A stretch of 64,000 nucleotides of DNA from Oceanispirochaeta sp. (GTDB lineage Bacteria > Spirochaetota > Spirochaetia > DSM-2461): NCBI GenBank assembly GCA_963666275.2, contig CAXXOA010000002.1, positions 2,144,001 through 2,208,000 on the forward strand, read 5' to 3'. Under the pieces are notes generated by a model, which saw only the letters and a program-made list of their open reading frames with translations, did not search any database and was not told the origin of the DNA. This document shows positions 10,379 to 19,560 of the stretch, one piece after another. The first letter of the stretch is position 1. Every line of letters starts with the position of its first letter. Made by a program: the position numbers and the translations under genes.

Positions 10379-11266
10379 TTAAACCTGTACATCCAGAGCA
10401 TCGCGGAGACCGTCACCGAGGAAACTGAATCCCAGAACTGTAATCATAATGGCCAGACCGGGAAATACCGAAGACCACCATACCGTGGGCATGAAGGTTC
10501 TGCCCGATGCGATCATGGTTCCCCATTCGGGGGTGGGGGGAAGAGCTCCCAGTCCCAGGAATCCCAGACTGGCCCCGGTCAGGATGACAAATCCCACGTC
10601 TGTTGAAATCTTCACTATAATGGTGGGAAGACAGTTGGGAAGGATTTCATGAAACATGATTCTCCACTGGCTGGCACCGATTCCTTCTGAGGAGATAATG
10701 AACTGTTCGTTCTTGATTTTCAGAGTTTCCGCCTGTACCAGACGGGTAAACCAGGGCCACCATCCAAAGGATATGGCAATCATGGAGTTCATCAGATTCG
10801 GTTCCAGTATGGCCGCCACAGCCATGGCCAGTATGATCGAGGGAACCGCCAGAAAAATATCGGTGATTCTCATAATGATTTTGTTGGTCCATCCGCCCCG
10901 GTAGCCCGCAAACAGTCCCAGGGGAACACCGATCAAAACGGCAATAGTCAGTACAACCACGCCCATCATGAGGGAATACCGGGACCCGTATATGACGCGG
11001 CTGAGAATATCTCTTCCGATTTCATCCGTGCCGAACAGAAACTCCCTGCTGGGGGGCTCATTGACCCGGCTGAAATGGATATCTCCTTTGGAATCATCAG
11101 GATAGGGTGCCAGGAGCGGGGCGAAAACCGCGGAAAACAGGATGGCAATGACTATGACAAAGCCGACAATGGTCAGCTTATTATGGAAAAGTCTTTTGAA
11201 CATCTTCCTGCGGCTGGAATATTTTTCTTCATGTTGTGCGTTCATGGTCTTTTCCTTATTTTCCAA
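10379..11266 (-). CDS. Peptide ABC transporter permease (OppC/DppC-like)
   Basis: FGTDEIGRDILSR, GASQWRIMFHEILPN and LGFLGLG..PPTPEWG motifs. Confidence 0.92.
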   Translation of the reverse strand: MENKEKTMNAQHEEKYSSRRKMFKRLFHNKLTIVGFVIVIAILFSAVFAPLLAPYPDDSKGDIHFSRVNEPPSREFLFGTDEIGRDILSRVIYGSRYSLMMGVVVLTIAVLIGVPLGLFAGYRGGWTNKIIMRITDIFLAVPSIILAMAVAAILEPNLMNSMIAISFGWWPWFTRLVQAETLKIKNEQFIISSEGIGASQWRIMFHEILPNCLPTIIVKISTDVGFVILTGASLGFLGLGALPPTPEWGTMIASGRTFMPTVWWSSVFPGLAIMITVLGFSFLGDGLRDALDVQV

Positions 11267-12257
11267 GCCGGATACGGGGATCCAGGATGCTGTAGATCAG
11301 ATCCACCACCAGATTGATAATGGCAAATATAATACCGATTACCAGAGTCACTCCGATAATGGCGTTGTAGTCTTTATACATCAGACCGGCAATGCTGTAG
11401 GAAGCCATGCCGGGCCATCCGAAAACGGTTTCTACAAGGAAGGCGTTCCCGATGAGAGAGCCGAACTGCATGCCTATGATGGAGAGAATGGTTATGAAAG
11501 CATTTTTAAGCATGTACTGATTGATGATCAGGTTCTTCGGAAGGCCGTAGGACCTGGCGGCCACAATATACTCTTTATTGAGCTGTTCCATCATATTGGT
11601 TCTTGTAAGCCTCATGATCTGAGCCGCTGAAGCGATGGCCAGAGAGACTGCCGGAATGATGATATGTTTAAGGCTGTCAAAAAAAGCGGGAAAATTCAGA
11701 GTCAGAAGACTGTCCAGCAGCCAGAGACCCGTGATATGGGAAGGAACAATATTCCCGCGGCCTATAACAGGCATAACGCCCAGAATGTAGCTGAAAACAA
11801 ACTGGAGCAGGATCGCCAGCCAGAAACGGGGGATGGCAATCCCTGAGAGTGAGACTATTCGAATCAAATGGTCTGCAAATTTGTTGTTCTTCACTGCGGC
11901 AAGAACACCCAGGGGAACACCCAGCAGGATGGCAATCACCATTCCAACCAGACAGAGCTCAAAGGTTGCGGCAAAACTTTCTCGGATATCCTGGTAGACA
12001 TTATGCTGCGTCCGCAGTGAGTATCCCCAGTCTCCTTTGAAAATACCGCCTATATACCTCAGGTACTGCATGTATACTGGCTGGTCCAATCCCATCTTTT
12101 CCGTCAATTGAGCAATCTGCTCGGGTGTGGCATCCATTCCGGCTGCCAGCTTGACCGAATCTCCCGGGATAATGCGTGTTAGTGCAAAGATAAGCAAAGA
12201 CAACCCGATCAAAGTGGGTATCATTTCCAAAATCCTGTGTAATAACTCTTTCCTCAT
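11256..12257 (-). CDS. Peptide ABC transporter permease (OppB/DppB-like)
   Basis: PGD, GLDQP..QY, EYIVAARSYGL and VETVFGWPG motifs. Confidence 0.92.
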   Translation of the reverse strand: MRKELLHRILEMIPTLIGLSLLIFALTRIIPGDSVKLAAGMDATPEQIAQLTEKMGLDQPVYMQYLRYIGGIFKGDWGYSLRTQHNVYQDIRESFAATFELCLVGMVIAILLGVPLGVLAAVKNNKFADHLIRIVSLSGIAIPRFWLAILLQFVFSYILGVMPVIGRGNIVPSHITGLWLLDSLLTLNFPAFFDSLKHIIIPAVSLAIASAAQIMRLTRTNMMEQLNKEYIVAARSYGLPKNLIINQYMLKNAFITILSIIGMQFGSLIGNAFLVETVFGWPGMASYSIAGLMYKDYNAIIGVTLVIGIIFAIINLVVDLIYSILDPRIRLGK

Positions 12258-12273
12258 CGATCATCCTTCTGTT

Positions 12274-12319
12274 AAAAAAACAGGACTGCCGCTGAACCGT
12301 TTCCGGAGGGCGGCAGTCC
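12274..12319 (-). terminator. Stem-loop between SBP and permease genes (attenuator or mRNA stabiliser)
   Basis: GGACTGCCGC/GCGGCAGTCC stem followed by a T-run on the minus strand. Confidence 0.6.
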
Positions 12320-12329
12320 GTAAAAACCA

Positions 12330-13955
12330 TTATTTAACTGTTAAACTGTAAAAATTGATATCATATCCCATGAGGCCTACGTAGGTGTAACCCTCAACAT
12401 TCTTTCTCATGGCCACCCTGTGAGTGGGGTTGGCTACAAAAACGGCAGGAACCAGTTCGGCTGCCATAACCTGAGACTCTTCGTAAAGAGCTTTCTGCTC
12501 GGCCGGATCAGTGGCTTTTCTCGCTTCTACAAGAACCTCGTCTATGGCGGAGTTGGCTGCCCAGTGCATGGACCGGTAGCTTCCGGCAGTCGATGAGTGG
12601 AGGATACCATAGGTATGGCTGTCCACATGGGGGTACTTGAGGGAGTCGGAAATAACGGTCAGGTTGGCAGTTGTCTCGATTGAAGAGGCGGACTGGGTTA
12701 CCTGAGCCCATGTGACAGGCTTGGGAACAACTTTGATTCCGATAGCCTGCAGGTTGGCGGCGATGAGCTGGCTGAACTGACGCTGCTCAACAGTGTCGGC
12801 CAGGTACATAAAGGTTACTGAGATATCCTGACCGGCATACTTTGACTGGGCCAGATACTCTTTTGCCTTTGCCACGTCCTGAGTGACAGGGGTCACCGCT
12901 GAAGCGTGTCCGGGAACAACAGTGGGAACAAAACCGGCGGCAGGATTGGCGTGTCCCAGGATATCATTCAGGGCGGAAGAGTAATCGAAAGCAGACGCAA
13001 TGGCCCGTCTTACATTGATATCATCAGTAGGTGCCAGTTTGGTGTTCATGGGAAAGTACTGAAGCTTGGCGCTGGGAGCAGCTGCCACTTTGATGTTTTC
13101 ATTCTTCGCCATATCGGTAAAGGCGGAAACCGCCAGCCACTGATGGACCATATCGGCCTGACCGGAAACAAGCAGTGTTTTGACTGTTGCTTCTTCCAGG
13201 ATGGTCTGCATTCTTGCTTTTCTGATCTGACCTTCAGACCATCCTTTCCAGTAGCCTTCGTAGGCTGTGAAATCCAGATAGGACTGTCTGTTCCAGTCTG
13301 CCAGAACATAGGGACCGGAACCGGCGCTGTTTTCAGCAATATAGGCCTGTCCGTAATCGCCTTCTTCGCCGAACTCTCCCTCCTCTTTATTCTCTCTCAG
13401 AAGTTTGCTGTCCACAATGTAGAGCTGGGTCAGAGAGGAGATGAAAGGGGCATAGGGGGATTCCAGAGTGAAAACGACTGTATTGGCATCGGGTGTGCTT
13501 ACATCACTGAGAATACTGCTCCAGAGCCAGGCGTTTCCCTGGTTGATGGCGATCATTCTTTCCATAGAGTAGACAACATCAGCAGCGCTGAGGGCATTTC
13601 CGCTCTGGAAAAGCACATCGTCGCGGATGGTCATTGTGTATTCTGTTCCCGCATCATTGACGGTATATCCCGTGGCGATATGGGGAGCAGGATCCATGGA
13701 ATTGTTGGCTACATCCGGATAGAAAAGGGGATCATAAAGATTCACAGCTGTGATAATCTCTGTTTCATCCTTAACTTTGGCCGGATCAATTGTGTTCACA
13801 AGCTGCTGTGAAATATAAAGGAAAGTGTCATCAGAACCCTGAGCTCCCGAAGAAGCTGCTGCCTGATTTTCTGTCTGCCCGGCGGCAAACATGGGGAATG
13901 CAATCATGGAAATCAGAAAAGACGCCATGATAGTTCTTTTAATTATGTGTTTCAT
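12330..13955 (-). CDS. Peptide ABC transporter substrate-binding protein (family 5)
   Basis: Signal peptide; IDPA, NLYDPL, AGSGPY and DDINVRRAI motifs; GGAGG RBS. Confidence 0.92.
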   Translation of the reverse strand: MKHIIKRTIMASFLISMIAFPMFAAGQTENQAAASSGAQGSDDTFLYISQQLVNTIDPAKVKDETEIITAVNLYDPLFYPDVANNSMDPAPHIATGYTVNDAGTEYTMTIRDDVLFQSGNALSAADVVYSMERMIAINQGNAWLWSSILSDVSTPDANTVVFTLESPYAPFISSLTQLYIVDSKLLRENKEEGEFGEEGDYGQAYIAENSAGSGPYVLADWNRQSYLDFTAYEGYWKGWSEGQIRKARMQTILEEATVKTLLVSGQADMVHQWLAVSAFTDMAKNENIKVAAAPSAKLQYFPMNTKLAPTDDINVRRAIASAFDYSSALNDILGHANPAAGFVPTVVPGHASAVTPVTQDVAKAKEYLAQSKYAGQDISVTFMYLADTVEQRQFSQLIAANLQAIGIKVVPKPVTWAQVTQSASSIETTANLTVISDSLKYPHVDSHTYGILHSSTAGSYRSMHWAANSAIDEVLVEARKATDPAEQKALYEESQVMAAELVPAVFVANPTHRVAMRKNVEGYTYVGLMGYDINFYSLTVK

Positions 13956-13987
13956 CCAAGTACCTCCAATACTGTACGGGGTTTGTG

Positions 13988-14203
13988 CTAACTTTATGTA
14001 TGATCAGAGAAATCAGCAATGTGCATATATACATCCCCATAGATGAATGAGACTCTGCTCTATTTATACCTTTATGTAGATACCACATTTTTGTATGTCC
14101 CTTTTATGAGATTCCTCCTGTTTTCGATATTTTTCCCGGTTCGTGAGAATTAAAGAAGGGCTCGGGGATGTTTTCCTACCTGAATGTAGTGTGCATCTAT
14201 ACA
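13988..14203 (-). promoter_or_regulatory. Multi-box promoter/operator region homologous to 2136-2350
   Basis: Read on the minus strand: TGTATAGATGCACACTAC-N6-GTAGGAAAAC (14203-14170), CATACAAAAATGTGGTATCTAC (from 14097), ATGTATATATGCACATTGCTG (from 14034), TAAAGT (13996-13991). Confidence 0.7.
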
Positions 14204-14441
14204 TATTTTAAAAATCCATACCTCTGTTTTTTATTTTATAGTTTAGTAGAATAGGAATCAGAAAGAAAATAAATCGCCCGAACAGTTGAAAACAGCATTG
14301 GGAAAAAAGAATAAATCATTGGATTATAGAGTATTAGTTCCTGTAAGTTTACAAAACAGTATCCCTTTCCTCCGTCTGATCTTAAGAGGGGAACAGGAAT
14401 GGAACCGACAATAATCTTTTGAAGATTTGAAAGGAATCGAT

Positions 14442-14972
14442 ATGGAATTTTCAGACGTTATCAGTAAAAGGCACAGTATAAGGAGTTTCAAAGAGACCCC
14501 GGTTTCCCGGGAAATTTTAAACTCTCTCCTGGAAGCCGGAATTCAGGCCCCTACAGCCAGTAACCTGCAGGCCTGGCGTTTTGTGGTGGTCCATGATCCC
14601 GGAGTGGTCCGGAAAATCAATATGTTCAGTCCCGGAATGAGCGGCGGTCCCGCGGCGGTGATAGCCATCTGTTCTGACTACGGATATGCCGAGGCAAAAA
14701 AATCGGGTAAACACTACAAAGATTACGGCTGTATCATGGATGCTTCCATGGCTGCCCAGAATATAATGCTCGCGGCGGTTGATGCAGGCCTGGGAACCTG
14801 CGCCATAAAATCCTATACCGAATCGGCAGTGCGGAAAATCCTCAAGCTCCCCGAAGAGATCCATCTTGAAATTCTCATAGCTGTGGGATATCCCGCCGGA
14901 GAAGGGCGGAATGTGCCCCGGAAAGGTTTGAACGAAATTGTCAGCTACAACAGCTGGGGGAGTGAAGAATGA
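14442..14972 (+). CDS. Nitroreductase family protein
   Basis: KRHSIRSF, QAPTASNLQAWRFVVV, AAQNIMLAA..GLGTC and AVGYP motifs. Confidence 0.9.
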   Translation: MEFSDVISKRHSIRSFKETPVSREILNSLLEAGIQAPTASNLQAWRFVVVHDPGVVRKINMFSPGMSGGPAAVIAICSDYGYAEAKKSGKHYKDYGCIMDASMAAQNIMLAAVDAGLGTCAIKSYTESAVRKILKLPEEIHLEILIAVGYPAGEGRNVPRKGLNEIVSYNSWGSEE

Positions 14973-15247
14973 AAAATATCAATGAAGAACTTTATGCCCT
15001 GCTGGCCTACCTTGTCAGCAGCGCCGCCAGGCTGGGGGAGGAACCGGCATCCTACGGTCCCATACGGCTCATTGAAGGAGCGAAAAGACTCTCTGCCGTA
15101 CTGGCCCTGACGGATGAAGAAAAATCTTCTGAGCTTAAGGAGCTGGCGCATCTTATAGAAGAGGGCAGACAGAAGAGCATGAGCGACGAAGCCGCTTTTC
15201 AGGATATGCTGGATCAGACTGTGGAGAGATTGGTGGATATTGTCTGA
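14969..15247 (+). CDS. DUF6092-like small helical protein
   Basis: LLAYLVSSAARL.EEP.SYGP.RL motif; ATGA coupling to the nitroreductase gene. Confidence 0.7.
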   Translation: MKNINEELYALLAYLVSSAARLGEEPASYGPIRLIEGAKRLSAVLALTDEEKSSELKELAHLIEEGRQKSMSDEAAFQDMLDQTVERLVDIV

Positions 15248-15617
15248 GAGTGGGGTTGCGGGATCATCTCTCATCGGTCCTGCAATGCTGAAAATATGGT
15301 CATCTGCTGCCGGATGAGATTCCAATATATCATCTGATCATTCCCGCACGCTTTGGCTTTTCAGATATATTTTCCGTAAGTCCGCTACTTTCAGGAGGGG
15401 AAATCCTACCGTTCATCCGGCTATTTGGCTCTTTAATGGGAAAAGACGCAGTCAGGCCTCTTTTCATTCTGCTGAATATGCTTCCATGGTATCATTATTA
15501 GATTTTCAGAGGGTTTTCTGATGCATAGACATCATACCGACCCGGTTAAGATATCCTGCCGGGACTGTTTCGGGTCTGTCTACAGTATCGCATCCCATTT
15601 CACAGAAAGGAAAAGGA

Positions 15618-16703
15618 GTGTCAATTTTGAAACTGAATCGAAACAATTACAAATATTCTCTCTTGTCTCCCACCAGTATGGGAGTCCGGCTGACACCGGC
15701 TGACAGGCAGCCTGTTCATGCTTCTTCTCAGTTTTCACTGCAGGTGACCAGTGCGGAAACCAATGTGCTCAGTGTGGCAGCCTCTCTGGGGGAACCCGTG
15801 AAGGTTCTGACCGCATTTGTAAAGGACAGCCCCATCGCCCGTTTGATAAAGGACAATCTGGCCGGACGGCACATGGATTACGAGGGACCCGAACGGGATC
15901 AGGGAGGGCCCTGGGGATACAGGCATCAGTTCAATATCGCCGATTCGGGTTTTGGAAACCGGGGCCCCCGGGTGCATAATGACAGGGCCGGAGAAGTGGG
16001 GCGGACTCTGAAGACTTCAGATTTTGATCTTGACCGCCTCTTCGGTGAAGAAGGTGTGGGGATTGTCCATCTTTCGGGGCTGATCGCAGCTCTGTCTCCC
16101 GAAACCGGATCGTTCTGTCTTGAAATGGCACGGGCCGCTAAAAAGCACAATACAAAGATCTCTTTCGATCTGAACTACAGGGAGAGTTTCTGGGTTGACC
16201 GGAAGGAGGAACTGGGAGGAATTTTCCGGGAAATCGCAGACCTTTCTGACATTCTGATAGGCAATGAAGAGGACTTTCAGCTCTGCCTGGGGATCCCGGG
16301 GCCTGAAGCCGGGGGACACAGGATAGAAGAGAAGATAGAAGGGTTCAAAGAGATGATCCTCCGGCTGCGCAAAGAGTTTCCCCGGGCGGAAGTTTTTGCC
16401 ACCACTCTCCGGGAGGTGGTCAGTGCCAACTCTCATCTCTGGGGGGCCATCCTTTCTGCTGGAGATGAAATCTATGTGGAATCACCCAGAGAAATTGCCG
16501 TCTTTGACAGGATCGGCGGGGGCGACGGATTTGTCGGGGGAATACTCTACGGCATTGTCAAAGCCTGGGAACCGGTAAAATGGCTCCGTTTCGGCTGGGC
16601 AACCGGTGCTCTGGCGGCATCTATGGCCACCGATTACGGGCAGCCTGTCGATGAAGATCAGGTCTGGAGCCTCTGGGAGGGAAATGCCCGGGTCAAACGG
16701 TAA
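15618..16703 (+). CDS. PfkB family sugar kinase (KdgK-like)
   Basis: SAETNV, HLSG, SFDLNYR, GNEEDFQ and DRIGGGDGF motifs; the true start may be TTG at 15627. Confidence 0.85.
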   Translation: MSILKLNRNNYKYSLLSPTSMGVRLTPADRQPVHASSQFSLQVTSAETNVLSVAASLGEPVKVLTAFVKDSPIARLIKDNLAGRHMDYEGPERDQGGPWGYRHQFNIADSGFGNRGPRVHNDRAGEVGRTLKTSDFDLDRLFGEEGVGIVHLSGLIAALSPETGSFCLEMARAAKKHNTKISFDLNYRESFWVDRKEELGGIFREIADLSDILIGNEEDFQLCLGIPGPEAGGHRIEEKIEGFKEMILRLRKEFPRAEVFATTLREVVSANSHLWGAILSAGDEIYVESPREIAVFDRIGGGDGFVGGILYGIVKAWEPVKWLRFGWATGALAASMATDYGQPVDEDQVWSLWEGNARVKR

Positions 16704-16891
16704 TGGCAGCAGGGATGTCATAATCCCTGTAAATTTGTCCGGTTAAAAATTTTTTCATTCCAAAGAAATTGTATTTGACTGTTTATTACTCCTTAAGTAG
16801 TGATATACTTTCAAAGCCGGGAGAGAAGTTCCTTTTTTGCCGGAATTCACTCTAAAACAGGGAAACTTTGAAAGGGAGTAATCGTAAGAGT

Positions 16892-18109
16892 ATGTTTGAA
16901 CGGAGCATTGTATCAAAAGGCCATCTGATCGACTCGGGGACCATGTCTAAAATCCTCACCCTTATTATTGACGAAAATGCGGATTATAAAATTGTCAGCT
17001 TTCAGATAGGAAAAAAGCAGGATGAGATCTCTCATCTGGAACTGCGTCTGATCTGTGATTCAGAGGAACAGCTGAATGATGTCACAGAAAAGCTTGTCAT
17101 TCTGGGAGCCTGGGAGAAAGGCGCTACCGAACCGGTTCTGAAGGCCAGTGAAAAGGACGGTTCGGTTCCGGAAGATTTCTACTCCACCTCGAATCACAGG
17201 ACCGAAGTCTTTTATGACGGGGCCTGGCGGAAAGTGGATAAACAGAGAATGGACGCCATGATCCGGAAGACACCCGAAGGCTTTGAATGTATCAAGCTCC
17301 GGGATGTGAAAAAAGGGGATTTGATCCTCTGCGGCAGCGAATCGGTCAGGCTGTTTCCCCCTGATGTGGAAAAACCTTCAGAGGGTTTTGGCTTTATGAC
17401 AAACGAAGTTTCCTCCGAAAGGAGCGACAGCATTGCGGTTGCCAAAGTGGCACAGACATTGCAGGATATGAAGGAACAGGGAAAAAAAGCCGTCGTTGTG
17501 GCAGGGCCTGTGGTTGTTCATACAGGCGGCGCCGGGGCTCTGGCGGCCCTCTTCCGGGAAGGCTATTTTCAGGGGCTCCTGGGGGGAAATGCCATCGCCG
17601 TACACGATCTGGAATCCTGCTTTTACGGGACGTCCCTGGGAGTGGATATGACCACGGGAAAACCCACTCACGGCGGCCATTACCACCATATGAAAGCTAT
17701 TAATAAAATCAAAACCTACGGTTCCATCAAAGGGGCCATTGAGGCGGGGGAACTGACCGGGGGACTGATGTACGAACTGGAAACCGCGGGGATTCCCTAC
17801 TGTCTGGCCGGGTCCATCCGGGACGACGGCCCTCTGCCTGAAACCGAGATGGATATGATCCGGGCCCAGGGACAGTATACGGAAATAATCAAAGGGACCG
17901 ATCTGCTTCTGATGCTTTCCACTATGCTCCACTCCATCGGAGCGGGCAATATGACGCCCTCCTGGGTTAAAACCATCTGCGTGGATATCAATCCTGCTGT
18001 GGTCACCAAACTTTCCGACAGGGGAACAGGACAGGCTGTGGGAATTGTCAGCGATGTGGGTCTGTTTCTGCGGGCTCTGGCAACAGAACTGGGGCTGATA
18101 TTCCAGTAA
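16892..18109 (+). CDS. TIGR00300 / LOR-SDH family protein (AgrE/ArgZ C-terminal-type ornithine cyclodeaminase)
   Basis: GHLIDSG, PEDFYSTSNH.T, QRMD, FGFM.NEVSSER, GNAIAVHD, LAGSIRDDGPLP, MLHSI and KLSDRG motifs. Confidence 0.88.
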   Translation: MFERSIVSKGHLIDSGTMSKILTLIIDENADYKIVSFQIGKKQDEISHLELRLICDSEEQLNDVTEKLVILGAWEKGATEPVLKASEKDGSVPEDFYSTSNHRTEVFYDGAWRKVDKQRMDAMIRKTPEGFECIKLRDVKKGDLILCGSESVRLFPPDVEKPSEGFGFMTNEVSSERSDSIAVAKVAQTLQDMKEQGKKAVVVAGPVVVHTGGAGALAALFREGYFQGLLGGNAIAVHDLESCFYGTSLGVDMTTGKPTHGGHYHHMKAINKIKTYGSIKGAIEAGELTGGLMYELETAGIPYCLAGSIRDDGPLPETEMDMIRAQGQYTEIIKGTDLLLMLSTMLHSIGAGNMTPSWVKTICVDINPAVVTKLSDRGTGQAVGIVSDVGLFLRALATELGLIFQ

Positions 18110-18152
18110 ATGTATCCCGCTGACAGGGAATGTCTCTTAAAAGTTGTTCCGC

Positions 18153-18180
18153 AACAGGAAGGATTGTCTTTCCTGTTATA
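18153..18180 (+). terminator. Probable terminator
   Basis: AACAGGAAGGA-TTG-TCTTTCCTGTT hairpin downstream of the TIGR00300 gene. Confidence 0.5.
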
Positions 18181-18552
18181 TAGTTCTATCTATTCCGGGC
18201 CGGGAGCGGCCTTTCCATATGGATGAGCATATATGAATACTGACAGCATAAAATCCTCTCTGTCAGGAAATACTCCCGCCGGAGAGTCCTGTATCCGGAG
18301 AACCTGATGTGTCCCTGCGAACACTGGAAAAGGGTTCGGAACTCAGGTCTGCATCGGAAGGATATCCAGTATGAAAATATCCTCTCAGCCATAATCATGA
18401 GAGACTTTTCATAAACCATGTAAAAAAACTCTTTTCCTGATTTTTTTTCCCCTCCATGGTAATAATGACCTCTTTGCCCTATAATTCTGAGTAAATTAGT
18501 CTAGATTGAAAAAGACTTTGGGTGAAACGGCAGTTTTCTAGGAGAAATACCA

Positions 18553-18990
18553 ATGCAGATATATCTTACGGCGCTAATGCCTGTGCTTCTCATCCTGTTT
18601 GTTCTGCTGAGCAGAATTCTTATTTCCTATCGCACGGCCGGCAAAGGCTGGCAGACCCTGGCAGGGGAGTATGCTTCTCCTGATATCCCTGAAGAGGGTA
18701 CAGATCTCCGCTTCGCTTCCATGAAGGTGGGGAAGGGCTATTACAAAAACTGCGTCCACATCCGTTACAATGAAAAGGGTATGCATCTGCGTCTGTTGTC
18801 TATATACAGAATGTTCCATACCCCCCTGTTCATCCCATGGAAGGCTGTGGGTTACGATAGGCAGACCAACCCGATCAGCTTTAACAGGCATATCCTGGAG
18901 ATCCGGGCCATCCGGAACATCCCTGTTACCCTGAACGATAATGTTTTTTCTTCGCTCCGACCTTATATTTTGAAGGATACCTCTGTATGA
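18553..18990 (+). CDS. Hypothetical membrane-anchored protein
   Basis: AGGAG RBS; N-terminal TM helix; GW..LA..Y and PLFIPW motifs. Confidence 0.7.
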   Translation: MQIYLTALMPVLLILFVLLSRILISYRTAGKGWQTLAGEYASPDIPEEGTDLRFASMKVGKGYYKNCVHIRYNEKGMHLRLLSIYRMFHTPLFIPWKAVGYDRQTNPISFNRHILEIRAIRNIPVTLNDNVFSSLRPYILKDTSV

Positions 18991-19472
18991 CAGGGGGTCT
19001 CACAATGATCAATCTGATTCCTCTTTTCATTATTCTGCTGCTGGCGGTTCCCCTCTATTTCCTCTTCCGGAGATTTCTGGAAAAGCATAATATCCTTTCC
19101 GGCAGAAAACGCACCTATCTGCTGCTCCTTTCGGTGTTGCTGACGGCTGTTGTGATCTATACCGTTTTTGTCTTCGGGGCCCTTCAGCTGGCCTTTTACT
19201 ATCCCAGAGGAGATTTCACTGTCCGGGAGTGGAAGGAAGACCCCGGAAACAGGTATACCCTGGTGGACAGTCTACTGAAGGATCACAGCCTGATCGGTAT
19301 GACCAGGGAGGACGTGATTGAACTGCTGGGCAGTGATTTCGGTGAATCCGGCTCCTCCCTGTTTTATGATATCGGCTATCCTCCCTCCATAGTGTCTCTG
19401 GAGCCGGACCGGTTCTATGTGAATTTTGACAGGGGAAAGGTTATCAGCGCGGGAGACAGACCGTTAGAATAA
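18987..19472 (+). CDS. Hypothetical membrane protein
   Basis: Two TM helices, then F...W...RY.LVD and LIGMTREDVIELLG (SmpA/BLIP-like segment); alternative start at 19005. Confidence 0.7.
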   Translation: MTGGLTMINLIPLFIILLLAVPLYFLFRRFLEKHNILSGRKRTYLLLLSVLLTAVVIYTVFVFGALQLAFYYPRGDFTVREWKEDPGNRYTLVDSLLKDHSLIGMTREDVIELLGSDFGESGSSLFYDIGYPPSIVSLEPDRFYVNFDRGKVISAGDRPLE

Positions 19473-19560
19473 AAAACTCATAACAAAACAGTTTGTCCCT
19501 TGTCGTCAAGACCCAGGAATTTCCCCGTGCCGGTGATGTCAAATCTTCTTCTCCGGGAGA

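Noticed and set aside
18186..18419. 77-aa minus-strand ORF in an intergenic region
   Set aside because: No convincing RBS or motif.
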